A DNA stretch of 64,000 bases, taken from assembly GCA_963763095.1 (NCBI GenBank), contig CAVXNR010000003.1, forward strand, positions 815-64,814, written 5' to 3'. The notes beneath the pieces were generated by a model. The model saw only the letters and a list, made by a program, of their open reading frames with translations. It did no database searches and was not told where the DNA came from. Origin of the DNA: Vicinamibacteria bacterium (lineage in GTDB: Bacteria; Acidobacteriota; Vicinamibacteria; Vicinamibacterales; JAENWD01). The position numbers were made by a program, and so were the translations under genes. Positions 20,149-27,876 of the stretch are shown here, in pieces (within the stretch, counting starts at the first letter, position 1; each line of letters starts with the position of its first letter).

Positions 20149-20358
20149 TCAGTCTTCGGTCGGCCCGACGATCTCGTCCCGCCAGACGCGGAACAGCCGA
20201 AGGTCCTCGGGCCGGGCGTGCCGTCGCCAGCCGAGGCGGCGGGCCTCGATCAGGCGGGCGGCGGCGTCGGCGAAGAGCGGATCGCCCGCATCGACCGCCG
20301 ATGCCCGGAACGCGCGGAGCTGGCGGTCGAGCGGGGTGAGAAAGTCGCGGGCGGGCAT
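20149..20358 (-). CDS. small hypothetical protein
   Basis: MPARDFLTPLDRQLRAFRASAVDAGDPLFADAAARLIEARRLGW... after GGAG. 69 aa. Confidence 0.45.
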   Translation of the reverse strand: MPARDFLTPLDRQLRAFRASAVDAGDPLFADAAARLIEARRLGWRRHARPEDLRLFRVWRDEIVGPTED

Positions 20359-20571
20359 GGCAGGCTCCATCGTGCGTCGGCTGATGGCCATACATGCGTG
20401 GATCGGCGGGCAAGCCAAGCGCATAAGCCGATCAGATCATTGCTTTCTTCAGTACGGCAGGGACGCGAAGCCGCCAGGCATGCCTGACCGGCAACCGCCG
20501 GCTCATCCAGCGCGCACCCTACGCCGATGCGCGCTAGCCAACTCGACAGATGTTTCTTTATTGTTCTCACC

Positions 20572-20736
20572 ATGCCGATCCGACTGAGCGACCTCGCCGA
20601 CGACAACGCGAGCCTGCACGTCCGCTGTCGCCAGTGTGGGCGGAGCGTCGAAATACCGGGCAAACTGCTGGCGATGCGGTACGGGGCGCGAACCACGCTT
20701 GTCCTCCCTGCTGGCCCGGCTGCGCTGCGGGCATGA
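20572..20736 (+). CDS. small CxxC hypothetical protein, possibly frameshifted
   Basis: MPIRLSDLADDNASLHVRCRQCGRSVEIPGKLLAMRYG. A plausible continuation (LARLRCGHDR...) is in another frame. Confidence 0.3.
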   Translation: MPIRLSDLADDNASLHVRCRQCGRSVEIPGKLLAMRYGARTTLVLPAGPAALRA

Positions 20737-20845
20737 CCGGATGGTGCCAGACGCCAGGATCGGGTTCGATGGCGTCGAGGCAAGCCGCGAGGCCTACCGC
20801 CGGAGATTGGCGGTGCACCTCCAGAGTGGTCCTGCACCCAGAGGC

Positions 20846-21010
20846 TCACTCCTCGCGCCGGGTCTCCACGTCGATGACCTCGGGCTGCCGTTCGATGCGC
20901 CGTACTGCGATCCTCTCGGCCGTGACGATGTCCGGTCCGTGCACCGTCTCCTCGCGAACTTTAATCTCACCCGCGTGCGTGCGGAACGTGACCTTTGCGA
21001 CGTAGCGCAT
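20846..21010 (-). CDS. 54-aa hypothetical protein (below track cutoff)
   Basis: ATG ORF MRYVAKVTFRTHAGEIKVREETVHGPDIVTAERIAVRRIERQPEVIDVETRREE. Confidence 0.35.
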   Translation of the reverse strand: MRYVAKVTFRTHAGEIKVREETVHGPDIVTAERIAVRRIERQPEVIDVETRREE

Positions 21011-21088
21011 GGCGATGCTCCCACCACTGCCTTGGCTGGGTCAGCGACCGAAGACGGGCACGCCCAGAACCCCAGAGAGTGAAGAAGA

Positions 21089-21599
21089 TCAAGGGTTGCC
21101 GCCCGGCACCGTCGAAATGGCGACGAGCCACGACGGCTCAGGCTCGGGCGTCTCCTGCGGACGGAGGGATGGCGGCAGCCACGGCCAGTTCGCGGTCCGC
21201 TGCCAGAGAAGCCGCTCGACCTCGGCCCACTTGCTCCGGTCGGCCATCAGCCCGCGTAGTGCAGCCACACAGGCCCGGCCCAGCGCCACGTAGACACCGG
21301 CCCCGCCGAGGCGCAGATGCCCCACACCGCCGGCCTGACCCGCCAGCCGTGGCCGACCATGTCCGGCCCCCGCCTTCGCATAGTTGCGTTCAACGGAAGG
21401 TGGTCCAGACGATGTAGGGGATCACCACGCACATCCCGGCCAGCATCCCGTAGTTGATGACGTCCAGCGGGCCTGAGGGCAGATCGGCGCCGCCTTCATC
21501 ATCGATCTCCACCGGCTCGGGTCCGTGGATTTCGTCCCTGACCCAATCGGGTATCGTCACCCATCCCGACCGCTCGTGCATATGCTTGCCCACCAACAT
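21089..21599 (-). pseudogene. small membrane-protein family member, copy 1 (frame-disrupted)
   Basis: The two ORF pieces 21390..21599 and 21089..21325 share ...WAEVERLLWQRTANWPWLPPSLRPQETPEPEPSW with 25960-26070 at the nucleotide level. Confidence 0.3.
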
Positions 21600-21859
21600 T
21601 CCCCGAGCGCAATCTGCGGGTGGTCCGCGTTGGCGGCAACGGTGGAAGGGTGAAACGGTAAAGGCGTGCCTGACTTGCAGGGCTTTCTCCGCGCGGCGGA
21701 CAGCTACCTCGCCGCCGACCGCGCCACTTACTTATCCCATAGGTACGGTAGGAGCGAGGACACCTTTAAGGGGCCGGCCCTCCCCTTCGTCTAGCAGAGC
21801 CGACCCGACTTCTCGCACCTCGCGATGGGCACCGTCCCCACGGTGCTGAAACTAGATGA

Positions 21860-22198
21860 TCAGGAAATCAACCACGGTAAGCGTGGGGGGCGGGAACTCA
21901 GGGTCGCGATGTGTTCGCGGGCGCCTGCGTCAGTCCCGTCGGGGTCCCAGTAGAGGAATCCGTCGTCGGTGTCATAGAGCAGCCATCAGAGGCCACTGCC
22001 CCCGGCAATCGGGTCGCTTCCCGTCGACACGGAGACTTGTGAGCCGACGCCTTGGGCCGACCCATTTACCGCGCTGACGACAACGGTATCACCCTGGAGC
22101 GTCGGCGCATCGTTTCTGCGGACATTCCCCGTGACTCGTACGGCGTCTTCGATGATCGATCGTAGGTCATCGACCGCCGACCCTGTCGCGATTGGCAT
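21860..22198 (-). pseudogene. short RTX-type calcium-binding-like protein with in-frame TGA
   Basis: MPIATGSAVDDLRSIIEDAV...DPIAGGSGL-TGA-WLLYDTDDGFLYWDPDGTDAGAREHIATL. The C-terminal block is typical of RTX/hemolysin-type protein ends. GGAGGGG precedes the ATG. Confidence 0.55.
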
Positions 22199-22251
22199 CG
22201 GTTGCCCCTCCAAAGCCCGGTTCGGTTGTCTGGCGGCTATTCAGCTCGCCG

Positions 22252-22356
22252 CTAGAAGGCTGAGGCCATTGACCGATCGGCGACGAGAGTCAGCAGAAAC
22301 AGCAACAAGCCGCTGAAGGCGGCCATCCTAGGTGCGGAACGGATCGATCCCTTCAT
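22252..22356 (-). CDS. 34-aa single-TM mini-protein (cassette A)
   Basis: MKGSIRSAPRMAAFSGLLLFLLTLVADRSMASAF after the conserved CATCCAGGAGATCGC. Paralog at 27428-27544. Confidence 0.5.
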   Translation of the reverse strand: MKGSIRSAPRMAAFSGLLLFLLTLVADRSMASAF

Positions 22357-22447
22357 TTGCGATCTCCTGGATGCCGAGCCTTGGGGGAGAGAATCGCTGC
22401 GGCTACTTGCAGCGCGAACAGGGTGCCGCCCCTGCGCGACGCCGGCA

Positions 22448-22463
22448 TCTATCATCTGATAGA
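22448..22463. promoter_or_regulatory. perfect 16-bp palindrome TCTATCA-TC-TGATAGA (operator-like, site A)
   Basis: Read directly. Lies 23 nt after the regulator A stop and 91 nt before the mini-protein start. Confidence 0.6.
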
Positions 22464-22486
22464 GACAGACCCAACTTCCGCGGAAG

Positions 22487-24224
22487 TCAGGCCGACGGCA
22501 GGCGGGCAGGCTCAAAAAACTCGAGGATCGTGGGGACTAGCGCGGCCTCTATCAGGTCGAGCACCTCTGGCCAGCGGACATGAGCAACGAACTCACCCTC
22601 GTCGTGATAGCCGAGGAAGCGCCACGCCGGGTAGAGCCCGCAGTAGTCCAGTGCGGTCTCAAACGGAGCGTTGGCGTCCTGCTCGCCATGGATCAGCGTC
22701 ACCGGGCAGGCGACGTCGCCGAGCCCCTCGGGCCAATCCTGGTGGAAAAGCGCGAGCTCGGCGGCCATCGCGCCCTCCGACCAGGAGTCGGCGAAGAATA
22801 GCTTGTCGGCTGCGGCGAGAAAGGCGACCGCGATCTCCGGGTCGGCGAAGGCCTGCGCGTCAGCGGGAATTCGCGCCAGGATGCCGCGCATGTACCGCTC
22901 GAGCCCGTAGCGCGCAACCGTGGCCCGCAGGCCACGAAGCATGAACGGCAGAACTTTCGGGCTGTAACGCGCACAGGCCCGGACAAAGCGGGCCGGCGGG
23001 AACAGCCGGCGATACTGCACGTCGTTCAGGATCGGAAAGCCCGCGCCGATGCCGAAGATCGCCCGCACCCGCGCCGGGTCGGCTTTGGCCAGCAGCAGCG
23101 CGATGCGGATGTCATCGCCGGGCGCGACCACCACGGCGGAGGCGATGCGGAGCTGCAGCATCAGCGCCCGCATGTCGGCGACGGCGACCTCGAAGGTGTT
23201 GCGGCCCTTTGGAAGCAGATCGCTTCCGCACCAGCCGGCGCGGAACGGTATCAGCACCTTGAGCCCGCGGCGGGCAAAGTCCTGCTTCGGCGACCCGCGG
23301 CAGTCGCCAGAAGCCGTAGGTCGACTGCATCCAGATCACCGGCCGACCGGCAGGGTCGCCGAAGCTCAAGACCTCGATCTGCCGGCCGTCGGGCATCCTG
23401 AGGAAGCGCTGGTGCTGCTCAACGGAGCGCACGGGCCGCTTCGGCTCGGCCTCGGCCGGCACCGACTGCATCAACAGGAGTCCGAGACGCGCCACCTCAG
23501 CCTGGCTGCGAGTGGCGGTCTTCTGCAGGATGGCGTGGAGCTGCGAGCGCACGGTGCCGGCTCTGCGGCCCGTCGCAGCGGCGATCCCCGCCACGGTTTC
23601 GCCGGCCACCAGCCGTCGCATGACTTCGACTTCGGCGGCAGTGAGCGCGAACATCCGAGCTAGGAACTCGGAGACCGCCTCGGGCCAGGCGAGCTCGCTG
23701 GTGACCGCAAGTACCCGCCGTCGGGCGCCCGGCATCGCCTTCAGGTGCACGAGCAGCAACCGGTCGAACCCCGCGGGGCGCAGCTGGACGATCTCGTCGC
23801 CGCCGGTGCCTTCGGCCGCTACGTGGGCGACCCTCGACGTCAGCTCGTCAAGACCGGGCGCCTCGAGCGGCATGCCGCGGATCGAGCCGCCGGGGCGCAG
23901 CCCGAACACCGCCGCCGCGGCGTCGTTGGCAGCCAGGACCTCGCCGTCGTCGTCGAGCACCATCGCCGCGCCGAGGATGGTCGAGAGCAGGTCATTGGCC
24001 CGCGCCAGCTCGGCGGCGCGAAGCTGTTCGAGGATCTGCATCACGCCGCCGATCTGGCGCGCGAACACCGAGCCCGCGAAACCGCCGAGCCGCACCGCTC
24101 CCTTCGGATCGACGCCCGCGATCTGGGCGTCCCAGATGCCGATCAGCTCGTCGAGCCGCTCAGGGCTGACTGAGGCGTCGAACAGGTGCTCGACGAGTTC
24201 CCAGGACCGAACCTCGCCTTCCAA
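22487..24224 (-). pseudogene. LuxR-type HTH / alpha-beta-hydrolase-fold fusion regulator A (one frameshift near 23270)
   Basis: TTG start after CAGGGG. N-domain, then HTH LTAAEVEVMRRLVAGETVAGIAAATGRRAGTVRSQLHAILQKT. The hydrolase-fold half continues in ORF 22487..23257. Paralog of 27877-29581. Confidence 0.8.
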
Positions 24225-24482
24225 GTCGCATCCCCTGCATCAAGGCTGGCGGGCGATCGAAGACCGAATTGACTGTTCAACTTATGGGCGTATCAGTGCT
24301 CGTCGAATAATCGCAGGAAAAGGCCCCGGTCACAATAGTCCCGCGCGCGGCGCGCAATAATCTGTCCCACGGCGGCGTTCGCCTCCGCGCGGCGTTGGGC
24401 TTCGTCGGTCACCGGCGTCGAGGAGATGCCGGTCCGCAGCCCGAAAAGGCCGAGGTGGATTCAAGCGTCACGTGGCCGTGTC

Positions 24483-25439
24483 TCAGGTCGCTTGGTCAGG
24501 GCTCAGCTCCCTTGGATGCAGATCAATGCGTCGCCGGGCTCCCGCGGCCCCCGCGTGACGCTCGGCGCGAAACAGCACCACCATCGCCACGAGCATCAGG
24601 AGGCAGCCAGCGGCCTCCGACGGGGCGAGCCGTTCGCGCAGCACCAAGGCGGCGAGCAAAGCCGCAACGCCAGGCTCGATCAGGGTTGCCGCGAGCCCCG
24701 AGGCCGCGGACCGGCTCCGATGCAGGCCCAGCACAAATGCGAGGTACGCCGCGCCTGTCGCCGCGAGACCGGTATAGCCGAGAATTGCCACGTCCCCCGC
24801 GGGCAGCCTGCCGAGCGTGGCGAGCTCGATTCCCGGGGAGACCAGCACCACCAGCCCGAGCGCGCCTGCGGTGACCCCGAGCCCGAGGCCGGTCGCCCTC
24901 AGCGGGTGCACGTCGCGCGCCATCACCCGCGCCGCCGCCGCCACCACCGCATAGGCGACCGAGGCGGTGGCGAGCAGGGTGACCCCACGCCAGTCCACGC
25001 CCCGCCCGCCGCCCTCGTGCGGGGCGCCACCCACCATCGCCAGCACGACCCCGAGGGTCGCGATGCCGATGGCCGCCGAAGCGCCTGTCTCGGGCCAGCG
25101 CCGCAGCCAGACGGCCTCGGCCACCACCACCAACACCACTGGCGCGCAGACCGTGACCGCCACGGTCACGGTGACGCCCACCTGCGCGAAGGCGGCGAAG
25201 AGGCAGACCTGGAACACCGATCCCGCGAGCCCAAAGGTCGCCAGTAGGCCGAACGGCAGCCGCCCTGCCCAGGGCAAGCGCATCGCCTCGGCCGCGACCA
25301 GCAGGCTCAGTGCCCCGAGCGCGGTGCGGGCCAGCCCGACGAGCGCCGGGTCCGCCGCACTTTCGGCCATCAGGCTGTTCGCGACGCCCGTCGTGCCCCA
25401 GAGCACAGCGGCAACGCTGACGAGGAGGATGCCGCTCAC
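24483..25439 (-). CDS. EamA/DMT-family transporter
   Basis: Intact 318 aa (GTG start), about 10 TM segments. The LWGTTGVA and repeated EamA-like halves are typical. Confidence 0.85.
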   Translation of the reverse strand: MSGILLVSVAAVLWGTTGVANSLMAESAADPALVGLARTALGALSLLVAAEAMRLPWAGRLPFGLLATFGLAGSVFQVCLFAAFAQVGVTVTVAVTVCAPVVLVVVAEAVWLRRWPETGASAAIGIATLGVVLAMVGGAPHEGGGRGVDWRGVTLLATASVAYAVVAAAARVMARDVHPLRATGLGLGVTAGALGLVVLVSPGIELATLGRLPAGDVAILGYTGLAATGAAYLAFVLGLHRSRSAASGLAATLIEPGVAALLAALVLRERLAPSEAAGCLLMLVAMVVLFRAERHAGAAGARRRIDLHPRELSPDQAT

Positions 25440-25449
25440 GGCCGCGCCG

Positions 25450-25683
25450 TCACCTGGATACCGTGTAGCCTGCCGGCGACAATCCTGCGCATTCCTGCTC
25501 TCCCGTCAGACGCGGCGATTGCCAGTGTGACTTTGGTCGCTCCAAGTGATCATTGCGCGAACGACGCGGTGCCGGCGCGCGATCCGGCTCGCCCAGGCAG
25601 CGGTGAGAGTGGCGCCGTAGAAGCGTCTCTCGGGCGAGGATGCTCGAGGGGCCCGGCTCGGCCAGAGACGGTATGACAATCAT
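25450..25683 (-). CDS. 77-aa upstream ORF of the EamA gene
   Basis: ATG 9 nt after GGAGG, ending 10 nt before the EamA GTG. No motif recognised; could instead be a non-coding leader. Confidence 0.25.
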   Translation of the reverse strand: MIVIPSLAEPGPSSILARETLLRRHSHRCLGEPDRAPAPRRSRNDHLERPKSHWQSPRLTGEQECAGLSPAGYTVSR

Positions 25684-25775
25684 CGACGGCTTGCCTCCAA
25701 GCTCCTCTGCGAATCGAAAGCCGGTGAGTAATTCGCGAGACCGATCGAGATTCGAGTAGTTGCGCGTTGCGCGCA

Positions 25776-25791
25776 TCTATCAGGTGATAGA
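25776..25791. promoter_or_regulatory. perfect 16-bp palindrome TCTATCA-GG-TGATAGA (site C)
   Basis: Read directly. Lies about 335 nt upstream of the EamA start on the minus strand. Confidence 0.55.
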
Positions 25792-25830
25792 AGCTGCGGT
25801 GTTTCGACCTGCGCCGTCAGGCCTAGCCAG

Positions 25831-25872
25831 GGGGGGTGTGCGCAGCGCGATACCCGCGCCCCCTCTTTTTCT
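25831..25872 (+). terminator. hairpin plus T-tract (plus-strand orientation)
   Basis: GGGGGTGTG...CGCGCCCCC stem (with G-U pairs) followed by TCTTTTTCT. Abuts the stop of a minus-strand small ORF. Confidence 0.4.
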
Positions 25873-26090
25873 CAGCTGTATCCGAAGCCCCTAGTGAAGC
25901 CCCAGACCGACAGCGCCACGAAGGCGAGCGCCGGGTTCAGGTAGAGCGCGGCCAGCCACCACGGCTCAGGTTCGGGCGTCTCCTGCGGCGGCCGTAGGGA
26001 CGGCGGCGCTCACGGCTAATTCGCGGTGCTGCCGCAGAAGTTGCTCGATCTCTGGCCCAGTCTTGGGGCGCCGTTAGGCGGCCTTCCATG
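25873..26090 (-). pseudogene. small membrane-protein family member, copy 2 (frame-disrupted)
   Basis: One frame gives ...EIEQLLRQHRELA, another gives PQETPEPEPWWLAALYLNPALAFVALSVWGFTRGFGYS-stop. Related to 21089-21330. A third degenerate copy lies at about 26300-26445. Confidence 0.3.
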
Positions 26091-26251
26091 ACTGAAGCGG
26101 GCGCGACCCTGCCGCTGCATCGGCATCTACAAGACAGCCAGCCTATGTCACGAGAGCGCGGGACACTTAGCTCCGTGGGTTGTGCCGGTGTCTCGCTAAA
26201 CGATAGGTCAGCAGTCCTGTCGTGTGGCCCAACCCACGACAGGAGTAACTT

Positions 26252-26292
26252 AGGGGCGCGTGGCACGCCTGCACCCGCGCCCCTCTTTTCTC
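26252..26292 (+). terminator. intrinsic-terminator-like hairpin plus T-tract (plus-strand orientation)
   Basis: Perfect 9-bp stem AGGGGCGCG/CGCGCCCCT, 15-nt loop, then CTTTTCTC. Preceded by a second perfect 10-bp hairpin at 26214-26243. Confidence 0.55.
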
Positions 26293-26451
26293 GACTTCTA
26301 CCCAGCCCTCTGATAAACCCCTGGAGCGAGAACGCCAGCGGGCGAGCGCACGCGCACCGTGTTCGGCTGCCAGTCGTGGCGGCAATTACCTCGACGATCG
26401 CCGCGCCCTCGTGGCCGAACGGCGCCCGCCTGACATGGCGCACCGCCGCTC

Positions 26452-27336
26452 TCAGTTGAAGATCAGGTCATCGACGGCAAGTGTGTCGATGCCGATCAGC
26501 CGCACCTGGAAGTCCGCGGTGGTATCATCGTCCTCGTTGATCGCCAGGATGCCGTTGTTGCAGCGGATCTCGCCCGGAGTGCCGGAAAACGGGGCATCGC
26601 CGATGTAGGTGTTTACGTCTCCGATGTTGCCGAGGACGATCTTGTCGCGGCCTTTGGTGAAGTCGACGATGACGTCGCGTAGCGCGCCCGGCGTCAACTC
26701 GCTCATCTCAGTGTACTCGAATCTGTCGGCGCCGGCGTTGCCGTGCATTACGTCGCGGCCAGCATCACCTCGAATGCGGTCGGCGCCACCGCCCCCGAAA
26801 ATGGTGTCCCGATCGTCGCCGCCGAAGAGGTCGTCGTTGCCCGAGCCGCCGAAGATGAAGTCATCGCCGGCCCCGCCGCCGATGCCGTCCCCGCCAGCGT
26901 TACCGAAGAGAAAGTCCCCACCGAAGATTCCGACGATCACATCGCGTCCGGTGCCGCCGATGAGCAGGTCTGCTTCGTCGCTGCCGCTCAGGATGTCGTC
27001 CCCATCCTCGCCGAACAACACGGCCCCGGTAATGGGACCGTAGCCCTCGCCGGGTAGGCCGCGCACTCGGTCGTTGCCGTCGTCCCCCCAGAAGAGCTCG
27101 CGGCTCACGCCGGGCTCAGGCGCGTCTTCCTGGCCCTGGTCGATGAAGTCAGCGATGAGATCGTCGAGCTCGTCGAAGAGGTCGTCGAGACGGTCGCCGG
27201 CCACATCGATCGCGTCGTCGAGCGCGTCGACCAGCGCTTCCCCGGCATCGCCGAAGTCGTCGAGAAGGTCGTCGATGGCGTCGCCGACGTCGTCGAACAG
27301 GTCACCGAGCGAGAAGGCGGCGGATGTGGCGGGCAT
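26452..27336 (-). CDS. RTX (hemolysin-type calcium-binding repeat) protein
   Basis: Intact 294 aa. Extremely acidic N-terminus, then nonapeptide repeats GGAGDDFIFGGSGNDDLFGGDDRDTIFGGGGADRIRGDAGRDVMHGNAGADRF. Confidence 0.9.
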   Translation of the reverse strand: MPATSAAFSLGDLFDDVGDAIDDLLDDFGDAGEALVDALDDAIDVAGDRLDDLFDELDDLIADFIDQGQEDAPEPGVSRELFWGDDGNDRVRGLPGEGYGPITGAVLFGEDGDDILSGSDEADLLIGGTGRDVIVGIFGGDFLFGNAGGDGIGGGAGDDFIFGGSGNDDLFGGDDRDTIFGGGGADRIRGDAGRDVMHGNAGADRFEYTEMSELTPGALRDVIVDFTKGRDKIVLGNIGDVNTYIGDAPFSGTPGEIRCNNGILAINEDDDTTADFQVRLIGIDTLAVDDLIFN

Positions 27337-27427
27337 GGGAACTCTCCGGCTTGGGGACGGCCCCGCAGGCGACCTAAGGTGGGACCTCTGTTAGGGCCGA
27401 GGTACGGCCCGCTTGCAGTGCCGGCTT

Positions 27428-27544
27428 TCAGCCCGGCGTCAGCAGGACGTCCGCCATCGACCGATCGGCGAGGACAGTAAGCAGGATCAGGAGCAAGCTG
27501 CAGTAAGCAGCGATCCTTTGTGCAGATAGGATAGGTCCCAGCAC
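27428..27544 (-). CDS. 38-aa single-TM mini-protein (cassette B)
   Basis: GTG start 7 nt after GGAG. (M)LGPILSAQRIAAYCSLLLILLTVLADRSMADVLLTPG shares the core R-x-AA-x3-LLL-x-LLT-x2-ADRSMA with 22252-22356. Confidence 0.5.
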   Translation of the reverse strand: MLGPILSAQRIAAYCSLLLILLTVLADRSMADVLLTPG

Positions 27545-27631
27545 GGCGATCTCCTGGATGTAAGAACTGGGAGAGAGTCGCTCCCGCTGCTCGCGGTGCG
27601 ACCAGCGTGTCGCATCGCTTGTTCTCTTGCA

Positions 27632-27647
27632 TCTACCATTTGATAGA
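27632..27647. promoter_or_regulatory. 16-bp palindrome TCTACCA-TT-TGATAGA (site B, 1 mismatch)
   Basis: Read directly. Lies between the divergent mini-protein/RTX unit and regulator B. Confidence 0.55.
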
Positions 27648-27876
27648 GAACAGCTCGCTTTCGCGCCAAGCAGAGGCCAAGCTGTCGGGTGGAAGTCGGG
27701 CGGGTCAAGGGCCCCTCGTGGGGCCGAGCACCCTGTCGCCCTTGACTACGCCTCAGCCTCGGTGTCCGGCACTGCACGGCTGTTGGCCATGATCGCAGCG
27801 CACGTAGTAGCTCGCCTATAAGGAAAAGTGTGTTAAGCTCCCGTTCGAGAGGGCATCCCTTCGTCAGGGGGCAGAA

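Noticed and set aside
21986-21988. Selenocysteine or Trp-recoding at the in-frame TGA of RTX-like A.
   Set aside because: No SECIS-like hairpin stands out immediately downstream. No other gene in the window needs TGA recoding, and many genes end with TGA.
22357-22447. An upstream ORF starting at the ATG contained in TGATAGATG at each palindrome. It is in the same frame in cassettes A and B, with a 3-nt indel.
   Set aside because: Differences between the two leaders are spread over codon positions 1, 2 and 3 (about 1/5/4 in the best-aligned block), which is not a synonymous-biased pattern. In B the ORF runs on for 175 codons across other genes. It is more likely non-coding.
22448-22463. The palindrome half-sites are identical to tetO1 half-sites, raising the possibility of Tet-operator or vector contamination.
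   Set aside because: The central spacer is 2 nt rather than 1. The four copies are diverged and embedded in native high-GC context with conserved asymmetric flanks. No tetR, tetA or vector backbone is present.
25440-25775. Possible riboswitch (cobalamin, SAM or guanidine types considered) in the long EamA leader.
   Set aside because: I could not find the conserved cores of these classes (such as a B12 box) by eye. This needs a covariance-model scan, so no call is made.
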